DNA of 64,000 nt from an uncultured Thermoleophilaceae bacterium (lineage in GTDB: Bacteria; Actinomycetota; Thermoleophilia; Solirubrobacterales; Thermoleophilaceae), in NCBI GenBank assembly GCA_963848495.1, contig CAWKDV010000003.1, positions 155,057 through 219,056 of the forward strand. Direction: 5' to 3'. The position numbers and the translations under genes are program-made. Positions 28,591 through 37,115 of this stretch are shown in pieces. Within the stretch, counting starts at the first letter, position 1, and each line of letters opens with the position of its first letter. The notes below the pieces were generated by a model. It ran no database searches. It was not told the DNA's origin and saw only the letters and a program-made list of their open reading frames with translations.

Positions 28591-29010
28591 CTAGTCGAGC
28601 CCTGCGATCGCCGCTCGCGCCGCCCCGGCGAGCATGCGCGCCGAACCGTCGGAGACGTACAAGGGCCCGCTCGGATCCTCGATGAGGCGGGTCGCCCGAG
28701 CGACGCCGCGGGCGTCGACATCCGGGTCCGACCTCAGGCGCCCGGCGAGGTCGAGCAGCAGCAGGCGAGTCTGGATGATCGCCTCGCGATCGAGACGTGG
28801 AGACTCGCTCGGCAGCGGGTGCTCGTAGGCCATCCCGACGAGACCGACGAGCGTGTCCGCGAGACGCGACCTTGCTCTGCGGTCGCACAGCTGATCTGCA
28901 CGGAGTTGGAGAGCCGGGTCAGCGGAGACGTCGGCGCCTTCTGCGAGCCGGTGGTCGAGGGCGGCTCGCCGGCATTTCACCAGGAAGCGCATCGCGGTCG
29001 TGGAACCCAT
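28591..29010 (-). CDS. Hypothetical protein (139 aa), kdp-embedded family, copy B
   Basis: Lies between the KdpD-type kinase and kdpE. Shares the pattern R..L...LA.GA......L.LRA.QL...R.R..LAD.L......P.....P..R..I...R..L.DLA.RLR....V...G.A.A..L..D...PL with 22758-23255. An alternative ATG is at 28992. Confidence 0.6.
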   Translation of the reverse strand: MGSTTAMRFLVKCRRAALDHRLAEGADVSADPALQLRADQLCDRRARSRLADTLVGLVGMAYEHPLPSESPRLDREAIIQTRLLLLDLAGRLRSDPDVDARGVARATRLIEDPSGPLYVSDGSARMLAGAARAAIAGLD

Positions 29011-29090
29011 CTCTGCACACGAGTATTCCCCGACCCGTGTGACAGCCGCGTGACAATTCGCAGGCTGGTTGTAGAGATCGTGTAACGGCG

Positions 29091-30470
29091 CTAAGCCGGC
29101 ACCGGCGGCGCCTCGGGAAGCGGCAGCTCGATCAGGAAGCTCGCGCCCTGGCCGGGCAGGGACTGTGCGCGCAGGCGGCCGCCGTTCGCCTCCACGAAGC
29201 CGCGTGCGATCGCAAGGCCGAGCCCCGAGCCCGGCGTGCCGTCGCCGTCCACGCGGTAGAACGGCTCGAAGATGCGCTCGAGCTCCTCCTTCGGGATCCC
29301 GGGCCCGCGATCGCTGACGCGCAGCAGCACCCGCTTGCCGGACACGTGCGCGCGCACCGACACCGGCCGGCCACCCGAGTAGCGGATGCCGTTCTCGATC
29401 AGGTTCCCGAGCGCACGCTCGAGCTGCGCCGAGTCGACCTCGAGCAGCGGCAGGTCGGGATCGAGCTGCACGTCGAGCTCCCCGCCGGAGAGGCGGACCC
29501 CCGCCGCCGCGGCCTCCACCACCTCGTCGAGCGAGCACCACTCGCGCCGCGGCTCCGCCGTGCCCGCCTCGAGCCGCGACAGGTCGAGCAGGTCGTCCAC
29601 GAGGCGGGCGAGCCGCTCCGTCTCGCCGGCGATCACAGCCGCCATCTCGGTGCGGTCCTCCTGGCTCACCGTCGCGGAGCCGATGCCGGCTGCGGCCGTG
29701 CGAATCGCCGTGATCGGCGAGCGCAGGTCGTGCGACACGGCGCGCAGCAGCGCCGTCTTCATAACGTCGCTGCGGCGCAGGGCGCGTGTCTCCACCACCT
29801 GCTCCTCGAGCCGCTCGCGCCGGCGCGAGGCGGCGACCAGCGCGGTGAGCGCTGGCACCACCCGCTGCCCGAGCTGCTCGCGCCGGGACTCCGGTGTCTC
29901 GCGCGGCACCAGCAGGGTGCCGACCCGCTCGCCGTGGTCGACCAGCGGAATCGCCGAGCGGCGCTCGTCGCCGTCGACCCAGTCGAGCACCAGCTCGACC
30001 TCCCCCACTCCCATCGCCTCGGCGATACGCCTGCCCGCCCGGCGCAGCGCCTGGTCGCGGTCCGTGCCGCCGAGCAGCAGCCGCGCCAGGTCCGCGGCCA
30101 GGTCGGCCTCGCTGCGGCGCTCCTCGGCCTCGATCGCGCGCTCGCGGGCGAGGCTGGCCAGCGTGCTCGTCACCACCGCGGCGGCGAAGTACACGACTAG
30201 CGCGACCCAGTTCTGGGGGTCGGCGATGGTGAAGCGGCCGGTGGGCGGGATGTGGAAGAAGTTGAAGGCCGCGGCGCTCGCCAGCGAGGTCAGGACCCCG
30301 AGCCAGAGGCCCCAGCGACTCGACACGAGCAGCACGCCGATCAGGTAGAGCACGCCCGTGGAGACGGCCGGCACGACCTGGCGCAGCGGATAGATCAGCG
30401 CCGTCGTGACGGCGACGGAAAGGGCCGCGGCCAGCAGGCCGACCGTCTTCGAGCGATTGGCCGATTCCAT
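29091..30470 (-). CDS. kdpD: KdpD C-terminal half: DUF4118-type TM domain, linker and HisKA/HATPase kinase (no N-terminal KdpD/Usp domains)
   Basis: ATG at 30470. The TM block NFFHIPPTGRFTIADPQNWVALVVY is typical of KdpD. H-box LRAVSHDLRSPITAI; G-boxes SDRGPGIP and GSGLGLAIA. Confidence 0.85.
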   Translation of the reverse strand: MESANRSKTVGLLAAALSVAVTTALIYPLRQVVPAVSTGVLYLIGVLLVSSRWGLWLGVLTSLASAAAFNFFHIPPTGRFTIADPQNWVALVVYFAAAVVTSTLASLARERAIEAEERRSEADLAADLARLLLGGTDRDQALRRAGRRIAEAMGVGEVELVLDWVDGDERRSAIPLVDHGERVGTLLVPRETPESRREQLGQRVVPALTALVAASRRRERLEEQVVETRALRRSDVMKTALLRAVSHDLRSPITAIRTAAAGIGSATVSQEDRTEMAAVIAGETERLARLVDDLLDLSRLEAGTAEPRREWCSLDEVVEAAAAGVRLSGGELDVQLDPDLPLLEVDSAQLERALGNLIENGIRYSGGRPVSVRAHVSGKRVLLRVSDRGPGIPKEELERIFEPFYRVDGDGTPGSGLGLAIARGFVEANGGRLRAQSLPGQGASFLIELPLPEAPPVPA

Positions 30471-30503
30471 ACTGGAATCAAGGGTAAGCCGCCGATCCTT
30501 AGG

Positions 30504-31289
30504 ATGCCGGGCGTGCCGCGCGAGATCCGCTCCTGGCTGATGGACATGGACGGCGTGCTGGTGCACGAGGAGCACGCGATTCCGGGCGCCGACGACTTCC
30601 TGCGCCGCCTGCGCGAGACCGAGACGCCGTTCCTCGTTCTCACCAACAACTCGATCTACACGCGCAGGGACCTCGCGGCGCGCCTGCGCCTCAGCGGCAT
30701 CGACGTGCCCGAGGAGTCGATCTGGACCTCCGCGCTTGCCACGGCGAGCTTCCTGCAGGATCAGCGGCCGGACGGCAGCGCGTTCGTGATCGGCGAGACC
30801 GGCCTCACCACCGCGCTGCACGAGGCCGGCTACACGCTCACCGAGCGCAATCCCGACTACGTGGTGCTCGGCGAGACGCGCACCTACAGCTTCGAGCGCA
30901 TCACCCAGGCGATCCGGCTGATCGGCGAGGGCGCGCGCTTCATCGCCACCAACCCGGACCCCACCGGCCCGGCGCCGCAGGGCCCGCTGCCGGCCACCGG
31001 GTCGGTGGCCGCGCTCGTGAGCCACGCCACCGAGGTGCAGCCCTACTTCGTCGGCAAGCCCAACCCGCTGATGATGCGCACGGCGCTCAACACGATCGAC
31101 GCGCACTCCGAGAGCACGGCGATGGTGGGCGACCGCATGGACACCGACATCGTCTCCGGCCTCGAGGCGGGGCTCGAGGCGATCCTCGTGCTCACCGGCA
31201 CCACCACCCGCGAGATGGCGGAGCGCTATCCCTATCGCGCGTCGCGGATCGTCGACTCGGTGGCCGACCTGGTCGGCGAGCTGGGCTAG
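30504..31289 (+). CDS. HAD-IIA family hydrolase (NagD-like)
   Basis: Motif I MDMDGVL, LTNNS, GKPNP and GDRMDTDI motifs. Divergent from the kinase gene. Confidence 0.8.
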   Translation: MPGVPREIRSWLMDMDGVLVHEEHAIPGADDFLRRLRETETPFLVLTNNSIYTRRDLAARLRLSGIDVPEESIWTSALATASFLQDQRPDGSAFVIGETGLTTALHEAGYTLTERNPDYVVLGETRTYSFERITQAIRLIGEGARFIATNPDPTGPAPQGPLPATGSVAALVSHATEVQPYFVGKPNPLMMRTALNTIDAHSESTAMVGDRMDTDIVSGLEAGLEAILVLTGTTTREMAERYPYRASRIVDSVADLVGELG

Positions 31290-31690
31290 GCGTCCTCAGT
31301 CGCAAGCGGCTCGACCGGCAGGCCGGCCGCCCGCCAGGCCTGGAAGCCGCCGTCGAGGTCGGTGGCGTTCGGGTAGCCGATTTCCTGCAGCACCGCCGCG
31401 GCAAGGCTCGACTGGTAGCCCTCGTTGCACATCACGACCAGCGTGCGGTCGAAGCGCCTCCCCACCCGCGCGTCGTACCCCTCGGACGCGGGGTCGCAGC
31501 GCCACTCGAGCACGTTGCGCGGGAAGTGGATCGCCTCCGGCACGACGCCGTCCTCCGCCCGCTGGTTGTCGGAGCGGATGTCGATCAGGAGCGCGCCGCC
31601 GGCCGCCGCGTCACGCGCCTCCTGCGGTCCGACGCGCCGCAGCCCGGCGCGCGCCTCGGCGAGCAGGTCGTCGATCGTCTTCCGGCTCAT
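31286..31690 (-). CDS. Rhodanese-domain sulfurtransferase-like protein
   Basis: Single rhodanese fold with active-site loop VVMCNEGYQSS. The ATG overlaps the upstream stop (ATGA). Confidence 0.75.
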   Translation of the reverse strand: MSRKTIDDLLAEARAGLRRVGPQEARDAAAGGALLIDIRSDNQRAEDGVVPEAIHFPRNVLEWRCDPASEGYDARVGRRFDRTLVVMCNEGYQSSLAAAVLQEIGYPNATDLDGGFQAWRAAGLPVEPLATEDA

Positions 31691-32670
31691 ACGACGCGAT
31701 GGTAGGAGTCGGGGTCGGTGACGCCCTCGGTGGCGATTACCAGCGGGCGGCTTCCCAGCTCCCCGCAGGCGGCCAGCGCGGCGAGCGGCGCGGCTCCGCA
31801 CTCCCCGATCGCGTGGCCGAGCGCGGCGAGCTCGCGCAGCGGAGCCGCGAGCTCCTCGTCGCCGACCGTGACCGTGGCGTGCAGGCCGTCGCGCAGGGCC
31901 GGCCAGGCGACGGCCGACGGCCGTGCGCAGTCGAGCCCGGCCATCGCCGTGCCCGGCGTCTCGATCGTCACGGGCTCGCCCGCCTCGAGCGACGCCGTCA
32001 CGCAGGCGGCGGTGACCGGCTCGACGCCCACCACCGGCACCGGGGACGACAGGTGAGCGGCGAAGCTCACCGCCGCGGCGGCGAGCGAGCCCACGCCCAT
32101 CGGCACGAGCAGGAGATCGAATCGCTCGCCGGCAAGCTCGCGAAAGAGCGTGGAGTAGCCGTCGATCGCCCAGCCGCCGCGCACATCAGCCGGGTCGTAC
32201 GAGACATCGGCGACGTTCGCGGCGCCAGGCTGCTCGCCCGCCTCCCAGGCGGCCGCCACGGCGTCCTCGTAGTCGCCGTCCGTCCGCACCACCTCGGCGC
32301 CCTCCGACGCGATCGCCTCGGCGCGGGCCGGCGCCGCCCGCGCCGGCAGGAACACGCGGCAGCGCAGTCCGCGCCACGAAGCCGCGCGCGCAACGGCTCG
32401 GCCATGGTTGCCGGCGCTTGCGGCCACGAGCGTGTGCACGTCCGGCCGCTCGCGCAGCGTCCGCTCCACAGCCCAGGACGCACCCAGGATCTTGAACGCC
32501 GGCAGGCCGCAGCGATTCGACTCGTCCTTGACCAGTGCTCCGCCCACCTCCCAGACTGGCGTCGGCTCATAGCCCGGCAGCGAGCGGTGGAAGGCCAGGA
32601 TCTCGTCGCCGGACGGCGGCGGGGGCACGCTCTCGAGGCGGCGGTGGGGATTGACGAACAGCCGGCTCAC
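31687..32670 (-). CDS. PLP-dependent enzyme, diaminopropionate ammonia-lyase-like (Trp-synthase-beta fold)
   Basis: PLP-lysine context GLPAFKILGASWAV and the SAGNHGRAVA block. The GTG overlaps the upstream stop (GTGA). Confidence 0.65.
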   Translation of the reverse strand: MSRLFVNPHRRLESVPPPPSGDEILAFHRSLPGYEPTPVWEVGGALVKDESNRCGLPAFKILGASWAVERTLRERPDVHTLVAASAGNHGRAVARAASWRGLRCRVFLPARAAPARAEAIASEGAEVVRTDGDYEDAVAAAWEAGEQPGAANVADVSYDPADVRGGWAIDGYSTLFRELAGERFDLLLVPMGVGSLAAAAVSFAAHLSSPVPVVGVEPVTAACVTASLEAGEPVTIETPGTAMAGLDCARPSAVAWPALRDGLHATVTVGDEELAAPLRELAALGHAIGECGAAPLAALAACGELGSRPLVIATEGVTDPDSYHRVV

Positions 32671-33803
32671 GCGCAGAACTCCGCCGCCAGGGCGGTCAGC
32701 ACGCGCGCGCAGGCGATCGTGTCCGCCACGCTGACCCACTCCTCGGCGCCGTGCGCGCCCTCGCCGCCCGGGCCGAACAGCACGGTGGGTATTCCGGCAG
32801 CGGCGATGAAGGCGGAGTCCGCCCAGTAGCTCGCACCGCCGATCGGCGGCGGCTCGCCGAGCACGCCGGCGGCGGCGTCGCGCACCACAGCGACGAATGG
32901 GTCGGCGGCGTCGATCTCGAACGGCTCGCGCACGAGCAGCGTGCGCTGGGCGGCGACAAGCTGCGGGTCGGCGGCGCGGCAGCGGTCGAGCAGATCGGCC
33001 AGCTCGCCCTCCGCGTCGGCGCCGGTGTCGCCCGGCAGCGTGCGCCGCTCGAGCCCGATCGTGCAGCGGTCCGGGTAGGTGGACAGTTCGAGGCCGCCCT
33101 CGATCAGCGACGCGTGCACGGAGCCGGGCCCGAGCAGCGGGTGCTCGCGGCCGCGCAGCCGGGCGTCGAGCTCGCCGATGCCGGTGAGGATCGGGCCGCT
33201 CTTCACGATCGCGTCGACACCGAGGTGCGGGCGGGAGCCGTGTGCGGCGCGGCCGCTGACCTCCACCTCGAGCCAGACGAAGCCCTTGTGCGCTGTGGCG
33301 AGCTGCATCTCGGTGGGCTCGGTGACCACCGCGCCGTCGGCGCTCAGCGTCTCCAGCGCCTCCCTGACGCCGAGGCTCGCGTGCTCCTCGTCCGCCACCG
33401 CGGCCACCACCACGTCACCGCGCAGGCCGAGCGAACCGGCGTCGCGGCAGGCCACGAGCGCCGCCGCCACGCCCGCCTTCATGTCGTAGGCGCCGCGGCC
33501 ATGGAGGCGGTCGCCGTCGATGCGCGGTCGCTGGGGATCGCTCATCCCCTCCACTCCGACGGTGTCGATGTGACCGCACAGGAGCAGCGTCCGGCCGCCC
33601 CCGCTGCCGCGGCTGCGCACCACGGCGCTCGGCCGGCCCGGGGTGGCCTCGAGCAGCGAGGCGTCGAGCCCGGCCGACGACGCCCAGTCCACGATGAAGC
33701 CCACTATCTCGGCCTCGCCCGCCCCTCCCGGCACGAGCGACGGGTTCACCGAGTCGATTGCGACGAGCCGCTCGAGCAGCCCGGCCGCGTCCTCGGCGCT
33801 CAA
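32667..33803 (-). CDS. M20-family metallopeptidase (ArgE/DapE/ACY1 type)
   Basis: LLCGHIDTV, GRGAYDMKAG and ADEEHAS metal-site motifs. Confidence 0.8.
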   Translation of the reverse strand: MSAEDAAGLLERLVAIDSVNPSLVPGGAGEAEIVGFIVDWASSAGLDASLLEATPGRPSAVVRSRGSGGGRTLLLCGHIDTVGVEGMSDPQRPRIDGDRLHGRGAYDMKAGVAAALVACRDAGSLGLRGDVVVAAVADEEHASLGVREALETLSADGAVVTEPTEMQLATAHKGFVWLEVEVSGRAAHGSRPHLGVDAIVKSGPILTGIGELDARLRGREHPLLGPGSVHASLIEGGLELSTYPDRCTIGLERRTLPGDTGADAEGELADLLDRCRAADPQLVAAQRTLLVREPFEIDAADPFVAVVRDAAAGVLGEPPPIGGASYWADSAFIAAAGIPTVLFGPGGEGAHGAEEWVSVADTIACARVLTALAAEFCA

Positions 33804-34168
33804 TCGCCCGTCGGCACGACGCCGGCCGGCTCCACCATCAGGATCGCCGTGCGCTCCGGCGCCCGCGTCCGGTGCACGACCCGCTTCGGCACCGTGTAGC
33901 CCTGATGCGGGCCGAGCACCACGGTCCTCCCGTCCTCGAAGTCGAGCAGCAACTGCCCCTGGAGCACCAGGAAGAACTCGTCCTCGGTGTCGTGCTTGTG
34001 CCAGTGGAAGTCGCCCTCGATGATCCCCAGCCGCACGACCGAGTCGTTGACGGTGGTGAGCGTCTGGTTGAACCAGGGCTCGTGCGCCGCGATCTCGGCC
34101 GGGATGTCGATCAGCGTCGAGTGGCCGTACTTGTCGTCGAGGTTGATCGTGTAGTCGTCGCTGCTCAT
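33800..34168 (-). CDS. Cupin-domain protein
   Basis: 122 aa. Cupin motif G.FHWHKHDTEDEFFLVLQG...H. ATG preceded by AAGGAG. Confidence 0.7.
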   Translation of the reverse strand: MSSDDYTINLDDKYGHSTLIDIPAEIAAHEPWFNQTLTTVNDSVVRLGIIEGDFHWHKHDTEDEFFLVLQGQLLLDFEDGRTVVLGPHQGYTVPKRVVHRTRAPERTAILMVEPAGVVPTGD

Positions 34169-34231
34169 CTTCTGCTCCTTGGCGCGTCGGCGCTCTTCAG
34201 AGCGCCGCCGGGCGGTCGACCCTCCGGGGTG

Positions 34232-34603
34232 ATGGCTCGCATCCTGCTGGTCGACGACGACCCGGACATCCGCGACATGTTGACGTTCAAGCTCGCCAAT
34301 GCGGGCTTCGAGGCCTTCGCGGAGGCCGACGGGGAGACCGGGCTGGCGGCGGTGCACGAACTCAAGCCGGACCTGCTGCTGCTGGACTGGATGATGCCGC
34401 GACTCACGGGGCCCGAGGTCTGCCAGCGGCTGCGCGAGGATCCCGAGACGGCGCAGCTGCCGATCATCCTCCTCACCGCTCGCGCACAGGAGGCCGACAT
34501 CCAGCGCGGCTTCGCCACCGGCGCCGACGACTACATCTCCAAGCCCTTCAGCCCGCGCGAGCTCGTGAGCCGGGTCAACGCGCTGCTGGCGCGCGCCGGG
34601 TAG
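34232..34603 (+). CDS. Single-domain (CheY-like) response regulator
   Basis: MARILLVDDDPDIRDML...LLLLDWMMP...ISKPFSP. No output domain. Confidence 0.85.
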   Translation: MARILLVDDDPDIRDMLTFKLANAGFEAFAEADGETGLAAVHELKPDLLLLDWMMPRLTGPEVCQRLREDPETAQLPIILLTARAQEADIQRGFATGADDYISKPFSPRELVSRVNALLARAG

Positions 34604-34610
34604 CCGCGGG

Positions 34611-35684
34611 ATGACTCTCGCGGGTGGCTTCAGCGCCGCGCTCGTGGCGGTCACCGTGCTGCTCGTGCTCCTGCTGCTCGCCACCGCCGCGCGCAAGGCC
34701 CTGCGCAACGCCGCCGAGCGCCGGCGGGCGCGCCTCGAGCGCGTCGTGCGGCCGGCGCTGATGCGCTACCTGGCCGACGACGAGCCCGATCCCGCCGGCC
34801 TCGACGTCGCGGGCCGCGCGGCCGGCCGCTCGCTCGACACGCTCGCCGCGGGGCTCCTTCCCAAGCTGCGCGGCGAGGACCGCGACACGCTCGCTGGGGT
34901 GCTGACCGAGCGCGGAGCGATCGCGCGCGCCCGCCGCCGCACGCGACTGCCGGGCGCCGTCAGGCGCGCCCGCGCGGCGGAGCTGCTCGGAGCAGCCGGC
35001 GATGTGGACTCGGTCGGCGACCTGCGGCGCCTGCTGCAGGACAAGAGCCCCGACGTGCGGGCCGCCGCGGCGCGCGCGCTCGGCAAGCTTGGCGACGCGC
35101 AGGCAGTGCCCGGTCTCCTCGCCGCCCTCGAGGGCCCGCGCGCCGTCCCCACCGGTGTCGTGACGATGGCGCTGCTCCACGTCGGCCCGAGCGCCGTCGG
35201 AGCCCTCCGCGAGGGCCTCGGCCGCGACCGTCCCGCCGCTGTTAGGCAGGTGTCCGCCGAGCTGCTGGGCCGTCTCGGCGCCACCGAGGCCGTGGACGAG
35301 CTGATCACGATGCTCTGGGGTGACCCCGATGCCGGCGTGCGCGCCTGCGCCGCCGGCGCGCTCGGCCGGATCGGGCTGCCGCGAGCGTCCGGCTCGCTGA
35401 TCGCCTGCATCACGGACGACGACTCGCGCCTCGTCTGCGAGACGGCGATCGGCGCGCTGGGCCTGCTCGGCGGGGAGGACGGAATCGCGGCGCTCGACGC
35501 CGTGCTGGTCTGCGGGGACCACGGCTTCGCCCGCCGCGCGGCCGATGCCCTCACCCACTGCGGCCCGCGCGCGTTCGCCCTGCTCGAGCGGGCGGTGCTC
35601 GCCGGCGGACCGGGCGCGCTCGAGGCCCGCGAGGCAGTGCACCGGTGCGTGCTCGCCGGCAACCCGCACGCGAGCGCCGCCTAG
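34611..35684 (+). CDS. Membrane-anchored HEAT-repeat protein
   Basis: An N-terminal TM segment, then about 6 PBS-lyase/HEAT-like repeats (D..VR.AAA.ALG..G...AV..L...L). Confidence 0.7.
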   Translation: MTLAGGFSAALVAVTVLLVLLLLATAARKALRNAAERRRARLERVVRPALMRYLADDEPDPAGLDVAGRAAGRSLDTLAAGLLPKLRGEDRDTLAGVLTERGAIARARRRTRLPGAVRRARAAELLGAAGDVDSVGDLRRLLQDKSPDVRAAAARALGKLGDAQAVPGLLAALEGPRAVPTGVVTMALLHVGPSAVGALREGLGRDRPAAVRQVSAELLGRLGATEAVDELITMLWGDPDAGVRACAAGALGRIGLPRASGSLIACITDDDSRLVCETAIGALGLLGGEDGIAALDAVLVCGDHGFARRAADALTHCGPRAFALLERAVLAGGPGALEAREAVHRCVLAGNPHASAA

Positions 35685-35692
35685 GTGACGCC

Positions 35693-37114
35693 GTGATCAG
35701 GGACGCCGTCAGCGGCTTCAACTGGTTCGTGCTGGGCTACTTCCTCGTGCTCAACTCGGGCTATCTCGTGCTGATCGCGCTGGCGTCCGTCGACGTCACC
35801 CGCTGGCTGCGCCGGCTCGGCTTCGCCGGCCACGACGACATCTTCGCCAACCCGCTCACGCCCGCAGTGTCGGTGCTCGTGCCGGCCTTCAACGAGGAGC
35901 TGTCGATTGTCGACAGCGTGCGCGCGATGCTCGGCCTCAAGTACCCCGAGTTCGAGGTCGTGGTGGTCGACGACGGCTCGACCGATGCGACCTTCGAGCG
36001 GCTGTACGAGGCGTTCGACCTGGTCGAGACCTGGCGAGCCGTGGCCGACGACGTGCCGGCGATCGGTGAGGTGCTGTCCACTCACGTCCCGGGCGGCGGC
36101 GGCCCCCTCGTCGTCGTGCGCAAGGTGAACGCCGGCCGGCGTTCCGACCCGCTCAACGTGGCGATCAACGTGGCCCGCCACCCGCTCATCTGCATGGTCG
36201 ACGCGGACTCCCTGCTCGAGCAGGACGCCCTGCTGCGCGTGGTCAAGCCGTTCATCGACGATCCGCGCCGCGTGGTGGCGGCCGGCGGCGTGATCCGCGC
36301 GGCCAACGGCTCGCGCGTAGAGAGCGGGCGCGTGGTCGAGCCGCGGATGCCACGCAGGTGGCTGGAGCGCGTCCAGGTGCTCGAGTACCTGCGCTCGTTC
36401 CTGCTCGGCCGCACCGGCTGGTCCCGCGTCGGCGGCCTCCTGATCATCTCCGGCGCGTTCGGCGTCTTCCGCCGCGACGTGGTCGTGGAGGTGGGCGGGC
36501 TCGACCTCACCACCGTCGGCGAGGACGCCGAGCTCGTGGCCCGCATCCACCACCGCCTGCGCCGCGAGGGGCGCGACTACAGGATCACGTTCGTCGCCGA
36601 GCCGGTCTGCTGGACCGAGGTGCCCAGCACCGGGCGCGTGCTCGCCGGACAGCGGACGCGCTGGTCGGAGGGCCTCGCCGAGGTGCTGTGGCGTCACCGC
36701 GGCATGGTCGGCAACCCGCGCTACGGGCGCATCGGGCTGCTCGTCCTCCCCTACTACGTCGCGTTCGAGCTGCTCGGCCCGATCGTCGAGCTGTTTGGTG
36801 TGATCGCGGTGGCGCTGGCGTTCGCGCTGGGGATGGCCAACCTCTCGTTCGCTCTGCTGTTCGCGGCGGTCGCGTTCGGCTACGGGGCCTTCGTGTCGGT
36901 GTCCGCACTCGCCGTCGAGGAATTCTCGTTCCACCGCTATCCGCGCTGGAGCGATCTGGCTGTCGGTGTGGCGGCCGCCGCGCTCGAGAACGTCGGCTAC
37001 CGGCAGCTGCACGCCTGGTGGCGGCTGCGCGGCCTCGTCCGGGCGCTGTCCGGGCGCGAACACGCCTGGGGCGTGATGACTCGGGCCGGATTCGGGGGTG
37101 TTAGGGTTCCCTAA
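35693..37114 (+). CDS. Processive family-2 glycosyltransferase (PgaC/cellulose-synthase-like)
   Basis: N- and C-terminal TM segments. VLVPAFNEE, VVVDDGSTD, DADS and the QxxRW motif (GQRTRWSEG). Confidence 0.8.
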   Translation: MIRDAVSGFNWFVLGYFLVLNSGYLVLIALASVDVTRWLRRLGFAGHDDIFANPLTPAVSVLVPAFNEELSIVDSVRAMLGLKYPEFEVVVVDDGSTDATFERLYEAFDLVETWRAVADDVPAIGEVLSTHVPGGGGPLVVVRKVNAGRRSDPLNVAINVARHPLICMVDADSLLEQDALLRVVKPFIDDPRRVVAAGGVIRAANGSRVESGRVVEPRMPRRWLERVQVLEYLRSFLLGRTGWSRVGGLLIISGAFGVFRRDVVVEVGGLDLTTVGEDAELVARIHHRLRREGRDYRITFVAEPVCWTEVPSTGRVLAGQRTRWSEGLAEVLWRHRGMVGNPRYGRIGLLVLPYYVAFELLGPIVELFGVIAVALAFALGMANLSFALLFAAVAFGYGAFVSVSALAVEEFSFHRYPRWSDLAVGVAAAALENVGYRQLHAWWRLRGLVRALSGREHAWGVMTRAGFGGVRVP

Positions 37115-37115
37115 C

